Below, piece by piece: positions 35,763 to 45,546 of a stretch of DNA of 64,000 bases (position 1 is its first letter; each line of letters opens with the position of its first letter). Origin of the DNA: Azolla caroliniana (lineage: Eukaryota; Plantae; Polypodiophyta); assembly GCA_043228905.1 (NCBI GenBank), contig JBHGNT010000001.1, positions 20,584,001 to 20,648,000 of the forward strand, in the 5' to 3' direction. Both the position numbers and the translations under genes were made by a program. The notes beneath the pieces are model-generated. The model searched no databases, was not told where the DNA came from, and saw only the letters and a program-made list of their open reading frames with translations.

Positions 35763-38700
35763 ATGTCTAGACAAAATAACGACCACATCACCGAAAGAGG
35801 GAGACGCCACGCCGAACGGCAGCGACGACGGGAAGCCTTGCAGCAAGCCGTCGACGAGATCCGGAGCGATCGGTCATTCTCAACAACGCTTCGGCAAATC
35901 GCAGAAAACGCACTGCAGTTCCAAGTTCTACAAGCTTCCGACGAAGGCAGTAGCATAACCAGCCTCCAAGAAGCGGAGACACTACTACAGACTCTCGCTG
36001 GCGGCGACGGGGACGCAGCGGCATTTGCAACATTAGAGGCGGATTCGGATAGCGGGGAAAGCGTGGGATCCCGCTATAAAAGCAGACACGGGAACAACCC
36101 CTTTGAGTCGGATCACTCAGCAACATCGGAGCCAGAGGAGGAACTAACTCTGGAGTTCGGTGACCGGCAATCGCCGAGGAGGGAGGAGCGGATACCAACA
36201 CCACCCGCGGAGGAACCGCAGGAGCGGATACCAACACCACCCGCGGAGGAACCGCAGGAGCGGATACCAACACCACCCGCGGAGGAACCGCAGGAGCGGA
36301 TACCAACACCACCCGCGGAGGAACCGCAGGAGCGGATACCAACACCACCTGCGGAGGAACCGCAGGAGCGGAGACCGACATCGGAGGAACCAGCGCAGGA
36401 GAATCAGTGGGACGACACGATGCCGTATCCGTACCCAAAGTATCGGGATGAGCCCGACGGAGAGGCACATGTGTATGCATTCCTGCGAACATGGGAAGCC
36501 AACCACGTGTCCCAGAGACTGACGGAGGCCGAGGCCGACCGATCCAAAGTCGCCGAATTCGGCATGACATTAGAAGGACCGGCGGCCCGGTGGCACGACA
36601 AGCACTTACCAGGCAGCTTCGCCACGTTCGAGGCATTGAAAACCCAGTTTTTACGCTTGTTTCATAGACGAGTGGAACAAAGGGAATTGGTCGGACAATT
36701 CTACACCACTCGGCAGGGAGAAAACGAGACGGTCCCACAATTTATCGTTCGTTTCCAGACCTTGCACAGTCAATTAGCAAGAGCACCACCCGAAGAGGAG
36801 GCCAAGGCCGTCTTTTTGGCTGCGTTAAAAGACCCACTTCGAGCGATGTGTGGAATCATCGATTTCAGCACCAGCACAATGGACCAAGTCATTGATCGGG
36901 TCCTGGAAATGGACACCACGAGCCCCTTCTTGCCGATGGGGGCGTTACACCAGGCGCTTCCGAAGGAGGAGGATCTCCGGTTCCGACAAGCCCTACAATG
37001 CACAACATGCCTAAATTCGGGGCACTCGACCGTCGACTGCACCCTGCGTGCACAGTGCATGATATGCAATTCTCGCGCCCACACAACGAACCAATGCGAG
37101 TATAACCTGTTAACTCGACAAGCGGCACCGGTCCGACACATTGAACCGCGCAATCGGGACCCGGAAGAGAATCGATTCCGGAGGGACGACCGCTACCGAC
37201 GAGAACGCGGCGACAGATACCCCGATAGAAGACGCGACAGCTATGACCGAGAGGAGAACCGAAGGGATAGCTACCCCCGGGACCGGTACGACCGAGAGGA
37301 GAACCGAAGGGATAGCTACCCCAGGGACCGGTACGACCGAGAGGAGAACCGAAGGGATAGCCACCCCCGGGACCGGTACGACCGAGACGAATCCCCGGAA
37401 TACGAGCGACGAAGAGAAGAAAGGCGGCCAGGAAACCGGAATTTCCAACGGAACCAAAGGCGTGGATTCTTCCGTAGAGAGGAGCGTCGGGAGGCAACAA
37501 AGAATGACAAACCAGTAGCGGCACCGGAGAACCGAAAAACCGAGGACAACCGCCGGGGAATGCCCCTTCCCCAAACATGGGAAAAAGGAGAATCCAGCAA
37601 CACGCACAGGGTGTATTGTTATTACTGCCGAAAAGAAGGGCATTACAGTAATCAATGCCCAAGCAAAACAGCCGACAAGCAGCCGGCAGTCAACATGGTG
37701 ACAGCCGACGTACAGCAGGTTATCACGCGGTCGAAAGGGAAGGCCGCCGAATGGGAAGCCCAGGAAGCAATCAGAAAACAAGCGGCACAATGGATCAAAG
37801 AAGCCAACGAACAAGGTGCGGCGGAAGTAAGAAACCAAAATATGCCAAGGGAGGAAGAAATCGTACAGCCAGGAGAAAACCCGACATGGCAAGCACTACA
37901 AGATTGTCAGATCGTGCTGCCGTTGGCACGGTTACTGCAGTTGGTGCCGCGGTTCACAGCAGACTTACAAGCCGCCGTAAGCAAACCGACGCCGACGCCG
38001 GCACCGGCATTTTTCTCCAACCCGGAGGAAGGCCCAGCGGTGGTTGATACCAGTAGCCCAGCAATCACGACAATCGTCAAAGGAAAGGAGATTCCAGGAA
38101 CAATTATTGACGGAGGCTCCGGGGTGAACGTCATTAGTCGACAGACATGCGACGACCTAGGCATCCAGGAGTGGGAACCATGCCCCTTCTGGTTACGCAT
38201 GGCGGATACAAGCTCAGTCCGACCAACTGGTCTTATCCGGGACTTGGAAGTAACAATAGGAGGCCACGTATTCCGAATATCGGCCGTGGTACTAGAGCTG
38301 AATGTACAAGGCGCATATCCCCTACTGTTAGGACGACCATGGCTGCGAACGGCGCATATCAAGCAAAATTGGCAAAAGAATATGATCACGTTCCGACGAG
38401 GGAAAACAAAGGTACGGGTAGCCACGCAACCACGGGTGCTCACTAGCAAGGAGGCAACCCCTTTATATGCCGAAAGCATCAACATGTTGGAGGGCTTACC
38501 GGATGAAGAAATTGATCGGTACCTCGAGGAACACCCACAGATCGTTCCACTTTTTGAGGTGGATATCACGGCAGCAGTAGAGCCGTACATCACAATGCCG
38601 GACGAGCCGGACAAAGTGGCGATCCGGGAACTACGCCAAGCACAGGAAGCCCTAGAAAGAGAAATGACGATATCCCAAAGGGTGAAAGCATCCCAGCTGG

Positions 38701-41636
38701 AAGAGGTGGACCTCGGCACAACAGAACAACCCCGACCGGTAAAAGTCGCGAAGGAATTGCCGAAGGAGGAAAAACAGGCAATGGTAGCACTGTTAACGGA
38801 TTTCAAGGACGTGTTCGCATGGTCATACGAAGACATGCGAGGGTTGGACCCCCAGCTCTACCAGCACCAAATTCATCTAAGTACTGACGCGAAGCCCATC
38901 GCTCAACGTCGGTACCGGATGAATCCAAACTATGCGGCAAAGGTGAAGGAGGAAATTGACAAGCTTCTCCGGGTCGGATTTATCCGACCAGTCAAGCAGG
39001 CAACCTGGCTAAGCCCGATAGTGGTGGTCCCGAAAAAGAACGGCAAAATCCGGGTATGTGTGGACTACAGGAAACTAAATGCCGCGACAGTGACCGACGC
39101 TTTTCCACTACCATTCACGGACGGAGTGCTAGATGCGGTGGCCGGCCACGAAGTTTACAGCTTCCTGGACGGATTCAGCGGCTACAACCAAATCCGAATG
39201 AACCCGGCCGACCAAGAAAAAACAGCGTTCGTGACGGAATGGGGAGTGTTCGTCGCGGTCGTGATGATGTTCGGATTAAAGACAGCCCCTGCAACATTTC
39301 AAAGGATAATTATGGAAATCTTCGGTGATTTTATTCCCGGTTTTATGCAGGTCTTCCTAGACGATTTCGCCGTCTACAGCCGACACGGAGAGCATTTCGA
39401 TCACCTACGACTATGCTTAGAAAAGTGCCGCGAGTACCGATTAAGTCTGAACCCGGCGAAGTGCGTCTTTGGAGTCGCCAGCGGCAATTTGTTAGGCCAC
39501 GTGGTGAGTCGAGAAGGAATCGCGGTAGATCCGGATAAGGTAAAAGCAATTCTCGACGCACCGGCACCGAATAGCGCAAAAGCTTTAAGCCGATTCCTTG
39601 GTCAAATAAGGTGGCATAGTCGGATGGTACGGCACCTTGCCGACTTTGCGACACCATTGCACGCTGCTGTACATAGAGTACCTTTCCAATGGACAGAAAT
39701 GGAGGAGGCAGCCTACCAAGCGTTGAAGGTCATGCTGTCACAAGCCCCGGTGGTGCAGCCGCCGGACTGGAGTAAAAGCTTTCACGTCTTCGTCGACGCG
39801 TCGGACGTAGCAATCGGCAGTGTTTTGATGCAACTCACGGAACCGAAATGGTATCGGCCGGTGTACTACGCAAGCAGGAAACTCTCGAAAGCCGAACGGA
39901 ACTACTCTACAACGGAACGAGAGGCATTAGGAATGGTGTACAGTGTCACAAAGTACAGGCACTATCTGCTCGGACGAAAGTTCTCCTTCCACGTTGACCA
40001 CTCGGCACTACTCTACCTGGTCTCAAAGGCAGCCCTGACAGGAAAACTCGCACGGTGGACGCTGCTATTACAGGAATTCGAATTCGACATTTTCCACCGA
40101 CCCGGGGTGCAGCATGCGGTAGCAGACTACCTGAGCAGACTAGAATCCGGAGAATCAGGGGACGGCGTACAGGATGAATTTCCCGACGCCGAGCTGTTTA
40201 AGGTCACGACGGCACCGGCAACGGAGACCACAGTAGCGGACGAAGACAAATGGTTAACCGAAATGCATCAGTTCCTGAGCACCGGAGTTCCCCCGGAAAA
40301 CTTGGACCGAGACGAACGGAAGAGGATGGCAGTACGGAGCAGACATTTCTGCTTGGTAGGAGACACCCTCTATCACAAGGGGGCAGATGGCGTATGGAGA
40401 CGAGCAGTGCGGAGCGATGAAAAGGATCTGATCCTGAGGGAAGCCCACTGTGGAATTGCAGGCGGGCATTATGCCGGCGAAACAACAGCCCGGAAGATAT
40501 GGCAGAGCGGACTATGGTGGCCTACTACCATGAGAGATGCCGTTAAGTATAGCAGGGAATGCGACCTCTGTCAACGACTGGGCCAACCCACGGAGCAGGC
40601 CCGGATGCCACATCACCCGGTCTTGCCATTAGAACCATTCCAAAAGTGGGGCTTGGACTTTGTCGGCCCCTTTAAGCCACCGGCAATGCGGACCGGAAAT
40701 CGGTATATAATAGTGGCTACCGACTACTGCACCAAATGGGTAGAAGCAAAGGCACTACGGGACAACACGGCGGCATCCACGGCCAAATTTTTATATGAAT
40801 GCATATGGTGTCGGTACGGATGCCCGATTGAGCTGATCAGTGACCAGGGAGGACATTTCCTCGGACAGGTGGTGGAAAGTTTGACGTCATTCTATGCGGT
40901 AGTACACAAACGAAGCACTCCCTACTACCCTCAAGCCAACGGATTAGCGGAATCAACAAACAAAACGCTACAGAACATCCTTAGAAAAATCGTCAATGAG
41001 AACCGGACCGACTGGGACACGAAGTTGCAGAGCGTGCTGTGGGCGTACCGAACGGCGTACAAGACTAGCATCCGGACGACCCCGTTCCGACTGGCATTCG
41101 GCTTGGAAGCAGTCATGCCAGTAGAATTCCAAATTCCTAGCTTAAGAATACAGGTTAAGGAGCGGTTAAGCGAGAAGGAATCCGAACGAATCCGGCTGAA
41201 GATGCTGTTAGAACTGGAAGAAAATCGAATAGCCAGCCTACTACAGCTAGAACTAGAGCAAAGGAGGAGGAAAGCCTTTGTAGACCGACATCGGCGCGGT
41301 AACGAAAAGGAATTCGAAGTCGGGAAACCAGTATTGCTGTTCCAGACACGGATGGGGAACATGCCGGGGAAATTGCGATTTCGGTGGACCGGACCATTCT
41401 GGATCACAAAGGAGTACAATGGGTCTTACCAGCTCGGGACGTTGTCAGGAGAAGTTGTGGGTAAATGGGCAAATGGGTTTCGCCTAAAACCGTATAAAGG
41501 GCACATGCCAGCTAACCCCTTCAAGCAAAACCCGGAAAACCCGAATTGCGAGGAACCGACACCGACGCGTAACAACGACGAGGAACTGACAACAGTGCAC
41601 ACCGACCCGAACATATCGGGGGGAACCGAACAATGA
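35763..41636 (+). CDS. Gag-Pol polyprotein (Gag, 3 zinc knuckles, protease, RT, RNase H, integrase) in one frame
   Basis: LEGPAARW; three CX2CX4HX4C; IIDGGSGVN; LDGFSGYNQI, FLDD; DASD..EREAL; WGLDFVGP, SDQG, RWTGPF; no chromodomain. Confidence 0.96.
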   Translation: MSRQNNDHITERGRRHAERQRRREALQQAVDEIRSDRSFSTTLRQIAENALQFQVLQASDEGSSITSLQEAETLLQTLAGGDGDAAAFATLEADSDSGESVGSRYKSRHGNNPFESDHSATSEPEEELTLEFGDRQSPRREERIPTPPAEEPQERIPTPPAEEPQERIPTPPAEEPQERIPTPPAEEPQERIPTPPAEEPQERRPTSEEPAQENQWDDTMPYPYPKYRDEPDGEAHVYAFLRTWEANHVSQRLTEAEADRSKVAEFGMTLEGPAARWHDKHLPGSFATFEALKTQFLRLFHRRVEQRELVGQFYTTRQGENETVPQFIVRFQTLHSQLARAPPEEEAKAVFLAALKDPLRAMCGIIDFSTSTMDQVIDRVLEMDTTSPFLPMGALHQALPKEEDLRFRQALQCTTCLNSGHSTVDCTLRAQCMICNSRAHTTNQCEYNLLTRQAAPVRHIEPRNRDPEENRFRRDDRYRRERGDRYPDRRRDSYDREENRRDSYPRDRYDREENRRDSYPRDRYDREENRRDSHPRDRYDRDESPEYERRREERRPGNRNFQRNQRRGFFRREERREATKNDKPVAAPENRKTEDNRRGMPLPQTWEKGESSNTHRVYCYYCRKEGHYSNQCPSKTADKQPAVNMVTADVQQVITRSKGKAAEWEAQEAIRKQAAQWIKEANEQGAAEVRNQNMPREEEIVQPGENPTWQALQDCQIVLPLARLLQLVPRFTADLQAAVSKPTPTPAPAFFSNPEEGPAVVDTSSPAITTIVKGKEIPGTIIDGGSGVNVISRQTCDDLGIQEWEPCPFWLRMADTSSVRPTGLIRDLEVTIGGHVFRISAVVLELNVQGAYPLLLGRPWLRTAHIKQNWQKNMITFRRGKTKVRVATQPRVLTSKEATPLYAESINMLEGLPDEEIDRYLEEHPQIVPLFEVDITAAVEPYITMPDEPDKVAIRELRQAQEALEREMTISQRVKASQLEEVDLGTTEQPRPVKVAKELPKEEKQAMVALLTDFKDVFAWSYEDMRGLDPQLYQHQIHLSTDAKPIAQRRYRMNPNYAAKVKEEIDKLLRVGFIRPVKQATWLSPIVVVPKKNGKIRVCVDYRKLNAATVTDAFPLPFTDGVLDAVAGHEVYSFLDGFSGYNQIRMNPADQEKTAFVTEWGVFVAVVMMFGLKTAPATFQRIIMEIFGDFIPGFMQVFLDDFAVYSRHGEHFDHLRLCLEKCREYRLSLNPAKCVFGVASGNLLGHVVSREGIAVDPDKVKAILDAPAPNSAKALSRFLGQIRWHSRMVRHLADFATPLHAAVHRVPFQWTEMEEAAYQALKVMLSQAPVVQPPDWSKSFHVFVDASDVAIGSVLMQLTEPKWYRPVYYASRKLSKAERNYSTTEREALGMVYSVTKYRHYLLGRKFSFHVDHSALLYLVSKAALTGKLARWTLLLQEFEFDIFHRPGVQHAVADYLSRLESGESGDGVQDEFPDAELFKVTTAPATETTVADEDKWLTEMHQFLSTGVPPENLDRDERKRMAVRSRHFCLVGDTLYHKGADGVWRRAVRSDEKDLILREAHCGIAGGHYAGETTARKIWQSGLWWPTTMRDAVKYSRECDLCQRLGQPTEQARMPHHPVLPLEPFQKWGLDFVGPFKPPAMRTGNRYIIVATDYCTKWVEAKALRDNTAASTAKFLYECIWCRYGCPIELISDQGGHFLGQVVESLTSFYAVVHKRSTPYYPQANGLAESTNKTLQNILRKIVNENRTDWDTKLQSVLWAYRTAYKTSIRTTPFRLAFGLEAVMPVEFQIPSLRIQVKERLSEKESERIRLKMLLELEENRIASLLQLELEQRRRKAFVDRHRRGNEKEFEVGKPVLLFQTRMGNMPGKLRFRWTGPFWITKEYNGSYQLGTLSGEVVGKWANGFRLKPYKGHMPANPFKQNPENPNCEEPTPTRNNDEELTTVHTDPNISGGTEQ
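36187..36375 (+). repeat. 42-bp coding tandem repeat (ERIPTPPAEEPQ-type unit) x~4.5
   Basis: Near-perfect units in the gag N-terminal extension. Confidence 0.95.
37242..37390 (+). repeat. 45-bp coding tandem repeat (YDREENRRDSYPRDR) x3
   Basis: Lies between zinc knuckles 2 and 3. Confidence 0.93.
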
Positions 41637-41661
41637 TGAGGCACAGATTTTTAAAAAATAA

Positions 41662-41663
<2 letters not shown>

Positions 41664-41726
<63 letters not shown>
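41664..41726 (+). repeat. Poly(A) tract (~63 nt) between pol and the extra ORF
   Basis: Directly visible; preceded by AATAAAATAAA. Confidence 0.95.
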
Positions 41727-41728
<2 letters not shown>

Positions 41729-41839
41729 ATGACGTGGTGCTACGGTTAGAAATCAATGTAATGAAGGAAGTAGTTACAACCGTCACACGGGTGCACGAGC
41801 TATTTAAAGCGCAGAACGTGGGAGGCCGGTGTACAAGAT

Positions 41840-42110
41840 TTAACACGCGCGGCAATCAAGGAGTCATAATGACAGACACATAGGAGATTCGACACGCGCC
41901 AAAGAAGCGCAGGCATGACACGCGGCAGCAAAGGACAGACATGCTATTCATGACAGAGCATGCGCAGGCGCCATAAATAGGACATACTATTCGAGGCAGA
42001 GGACGTGCAGACGCCGAAATTAAAAAGTAAGATGCTAATTATGGCAGAAGATACGCACGCGCGAAAAACAGGAAAAGGCGGCTCGAGGGAAACGCCACTA
42101 TATAAAGGAA
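41840..42110 (+). promoter_or_regulatory. Putative internal promoter of the extra ORF
   Basis: TATATAAA at 42099-42106, ~140 bp before the ATG at 42242; four CACGCG boxes upstream. Confidence 0.55.
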
Positions 42111-42241
42111 GAACCGGGGAAGGGTTCACTTTTTACGAATTTTCCCACAAGCAAACGCAGGCTCATAACAGCAAGATCCGACGCGCAGAACACCTACACC
42201 CCGACCTCAGACCACAGGCAGCAGCAAACGAAGAAGAAGCG

Positions 42242-45124
42242 ATGGCACTGTCGGACGGAGCGCGACAATGGCTGACGGAGAACGGATTAGGAGGGCTGCT
42301 GCGGGTCGCTGATGCTCCACCACACAAGGAACCAGAGCAGGCGGCAACAGCGGTAGACTTAGCAGAGGTCACTGAAGGAGCGGTACAAGCGCTCACAGGG
42401 ATTTCGGAGGGAGGACTTCAGACGATAGAGCTACCCTCGAGCCAAATATTCTTCGAGTATTTCGGCGAATACTCCCTTAGCAGCAAGGCGTATCGCACAC
42501 AGGGCGGAGAGAACCTGCTGTTCGGAGAGGTGGCCCGCGCCCTGATGGAGTATGGGTTCGTGAACCCTCGTCCGGCAGCCATAGCCAAATACCGAGCAGC
42601 GATCGTCGCCGCGACATTCGAAGGCCTGCAGGTGGACTGGCTCCACTTCATCACCGAAGGACTGCAAGAGGCGATCAAGCACTTGGTGGAAGGGAAGAAG
42701 CCATGGTCCGGAATATCCCAATGGTTAACAGTGTTGGTCCCACCGGTGTCCCCCATCAAGCACAAGCAAAGAAGTCGGCAGGAGACTACCCCGAAGCAAA
42801 CCATGAAACGCCGACGAATCTTAGAAAAACACACTCCAGGATGGACACAGGAAGAAGAAGCGCCGCCAGAAGAGGGATCATCCCGACAGCCGCGGAAAGA
42901 AGGCTCATCTCGACAACCGAGGGAAGAAGACTCCTCCCGACAGCAACGGGAGGAAGGCTCATCACGACAGCCACAGAAACAGCAACAGCAACCGACCACG
43001 AAGAAGAAAAAGGCGGAGAAAGGCAAGGAGAAGCTGGCGAAGAAAACCAGCAAGAGACAAACCGACACCGAACCAGTAACGCTCGAATCGGAACCGGTAC
43101 CAGTAAAGGAACCGATAGTCGCAGCGACGGAGGACGCCGAAACAGAGGAAGAGTCATCCGAACCGATGTTAATACTACCACCCAGGCAAGGGAAGGAGAA
43201 ACGGGCGACAAGACCGACCCCAACAGCGGTCGGAACTCAACAACGGGCGGAAGAACCAGTAACCGGAACAGAAGCGACACAGGATGAAGGTTCGTCTGCA
43301 CCAAAGACGGCAGTACCGGAACCGACAGCGGCGGAGTTCGAAGAACCAAGGAAGGAACAAGCGCCGGAACAAGAGAAGAGGCCGGAGAAACAGCCGGAGC
43401 TAGGCACGCCTGCTGACACCAACGAAGGCAGAACAAAGGCACAATGGCTAAGGTGGTTGTCAGGACAGTTGTCGGGAGTAGCAGACCAGATGGAGAAAGA
43501 GGAGGAGCAAAGAGAAGAAGTGACTAGGACGATGACTAAGGATATGGTCATGCTCCGGGCACAATTACATGAGCTGCAAGAAGAGATAGCACAGGCAAAA
43601 GAAGGCAGCCGACAAGCACGAGATGGCACCGAGCCGGTCGGGACATCAGAAAAGCAAGCCGAACCACAAACGGAGAAGGTCTTGCAAACCGGCCCTGAGA
43701 CCGAGAAGTTAATAGCAACTTTGAAAGAAGAATTACAGGCTCAGGAGGCATTGAGAGATAACGAAAGAGAACAGCGGAAGTTGGTAGAAGACGACAGACG
43801 GCGAATGGAGGAAGGCCTTCGCCGAAGCAAAGCCACCAATGACCGACTACAAGAAGAAAACGGGACACTGCAAAAGGAAAAAGATAGGCTGCGCCGCCGA
43901 ATGGAGCAGGAAATTGAGCGGTTGCGAGAGGAACTCCGACAACAAAAGGACCGGGATGATCAGTTGCGAGCTCAGGCGAACCGACGCCTAAAACAGAAGA
44001 CGGAGGAATTCGACCGACTATGTAAGGATTATAAACAGGCCACGTCGGACATCAAGAATCAGGCAGCAACGTACGACCGACAGATGGAGAAGCTGAAAGA
44101 GCAGCTCAAGGAAAACCGCTTGGAATTGTCCAAAGCAAGGGAGGAAGTATCGGCGGAGAAGACCTTGACGTCGGAACAAAGAAAGGAGATGGAAGTACTT
44201 CGGCAGAAAGTAGGGGAACTGACAAAGAGCCGGAACGAGGAAAAAGTAAAGTTGACTTTCGAAATCAACAAATGGTGGAGTACCTGTGACAAGCAGAAAG
44301 TCGACTCTGAAGCTCAAGCTCAGTTAATGGCCGACATCATCAAACGGATAAGGAAGGAAAAACAAGCAGCTTCGGAACAGGCTAAAGCAGGGGTTGACCG
44401 AATTAAGTTCATCATGTCAAGCTGGAGTACCCGAGCTCAGGCCAGCATAAATGAAAGCACGGAGAAACTCTGGAAGGAATGGGCACAACAGGCAGCTGAA
44501 CTGCAGATACTCCGAGCTGATGCAGAAAATCGGAAGAAAAACGGAGATGGGTTCTATAAAATGGACGAAGAAAGTATCGTCAACATCCGGGAAGAACTGT
44601 CGGAGGATTTCTATGCTCTAGCAGAAGAACATCTCAAGGAAATCCGAGGGTTAGTAGAGAGGTTGGATGACGGACAGCTCGAAACCCAACTAGAATTGGA
44701 AGGGTACGAGAAGGACCGACTGCGACAGGAAGCCGAGGGACACACAACGCCGATCTCCATTAGTGAGGGCGAGCGACCGGCTGAAGAGGACCCAACCAAC
44801 AATGTACCCGAGGAAGAACTTCCGGAGCAAGAGCAGGTTGATGCCGGGGATGATGCAGAGTGGAGACAGAGAAGTACCGAATCCGGGGAGGAAAGGACAC
44901 AACCAGTGGAAACCGGAGAGAGCGATACCGGGAACGGAACGGAGGTGGAGCAGGACAGACCCAGACAGGATACAGAAGAAACACCGGTACCACCGGTACA
45001 AGCAGAGTCGGAGCAGCAAGATGCGAAAAGGCAGCCAATCCAATCGGACGTCGGAGACGGCACAGGCAAAACAACACTTGAAACCTCGGAGCGGAGTTTG
45101 CCTGATAATTTGAAGGAAGACTGA
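42242..45124 (+). CDS. Extra ORF (~960 aa): PMD/DUF1985-like N-terminal domain, basic/disordered linker, long coiled coil, acidic tail
   Basis: Uninterrupted ORF; motifs GLGGLL, VTEGAVQALTGI, VDWLHFITEGL..SG; E/K/R/Q heptads; a diverged homolog at 27153-29326 supports coding status. Confidence 0.85.
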   Translation: MALSDGARQWLTENGLGGLLRVADAPPHKEPEQAATAVDLAEVTEGAVQALTGISEGGLQTIELPSSQIFFEYFGEYSLSSKAYRTQGGENLLFGEVARALMEYGFVNPRPAAIAKYRAAIVAATFEGLQVDWLHFITEGLQEAIKHLVEGKKPWSGISQWLTVLVPPVSPIKHKQRSRQETTPKQTMKRRRILEKHTPGWTQEEEAPPEEGSSRQPRKEGSSRQPREEDSSRQQREEGSSRQPQKQQQQPTTKKKKAEKGKEKLAKKTSKRQTDTEPVTLESEPVPVKEPIVAATEDAETEEESSEPMLILPPRQGKEKRATRPTPTAVGTQQRAEEPVTGTEATQDEGSSAPKTAVPEPTAAEFEEPRKEQAPEQEKRPEKQPELGTPADTNEGRTKAQWLRWLSGQLSGVADQMEKEEEQREEVTRTMTKDMVMLRAQLHELQEEIAQAKEGSRQARDGTEPVGTSEKQAEPQTEKVLQTGPETEKLIATLKEELQAQEALRDNEREQRKLVEDDRRRMEEGLRRSKATNDRLQEENGTLQKEKDRLRRRMEQEIERLREELRQQKDRDDQLRAQANRRLKQKTEEFDRLCKDYKQATSDIKNQAATYDRQMEKLKEQLKENRLELSKAREEVSAEKTLTSEQRKEMEVLRQKVGELTKSRNEEKVKLTFEINKWWSTCDKQKVDSEAQAQLMADIIKRIRKEKQAASEQAKAGVDRIKFIMSSWSTRAQASINESTEKLWKEWAQQAAELQILRADAENRKKNGDGFYKMDEESIVNIREELSEDFYALAEEHLKEIRGLVERLDDGQLETQLELEGYEKDRLRQEAEGHTTPISISEGERPAEEDPTNNVPEEELPEQEQVDAGDDAEWRQRSTESGEERTQPVETGESDTGNGTEVEQDRPRQDTEETPVPPVQAESEQQDAKRQPIQSDVGDGTGKTTLETSERSLPDNLKED

Positions 45125-45546
45125 AGCCGGCTGTGGGTTCGAAGTGCAATGCACTTTCCCACGGGCGTGCCATGTGTTGGCCGGTCAGAGAAGGCAAATG
45201 GGAAAGCAAGGTCGGATCGGATAAATATAGAAATAGGAATAGAATTATTAGGAGGGACGGATCCGGTAGTTGTAACCGATCCGGATCCGAACCGATTCGG
45301 TTTCGGTTAACGGTTGCCTACCGAGCACCGATTGTAATCTGGCCGGATGCCTATAAAAAGGATCCGATGTTTTGTAATGAAAGCACGAAGAATTAATATA
45401 GTTTTGCTTATGCTGATTCATCTTGTCTTCGTCTGTGCTTAAGTGTAATTATCATACGCGTGTATTAACATCCTATCCCTACCACCCCTTTGGAGAAGTG
45501 TCGGATAGACACCTGTGTTGCGGCTAGTCCAGCCATACATACAACA

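Larger units (their letters stand above)
35339..45546 (+). mobile_element. Intact young non-chromovirus Ty3/Gypsy element with extra ORF; TSD GTCGC
   Basis: 372-bp LTRs 35339-35710 and 45175-45546 identical by eye; PBS TGGCGACCAC (tRNA-Arg-like) after a short spacer; two uninterrupted ORFs. Confidence 0.97.

Noticed and set aside
42242-45124. Retroviral env gene
   Set aside because: Position is env-like, but no signal peptide or transmembrane segment is visible; the protein is hydrophilic and coiled-coil
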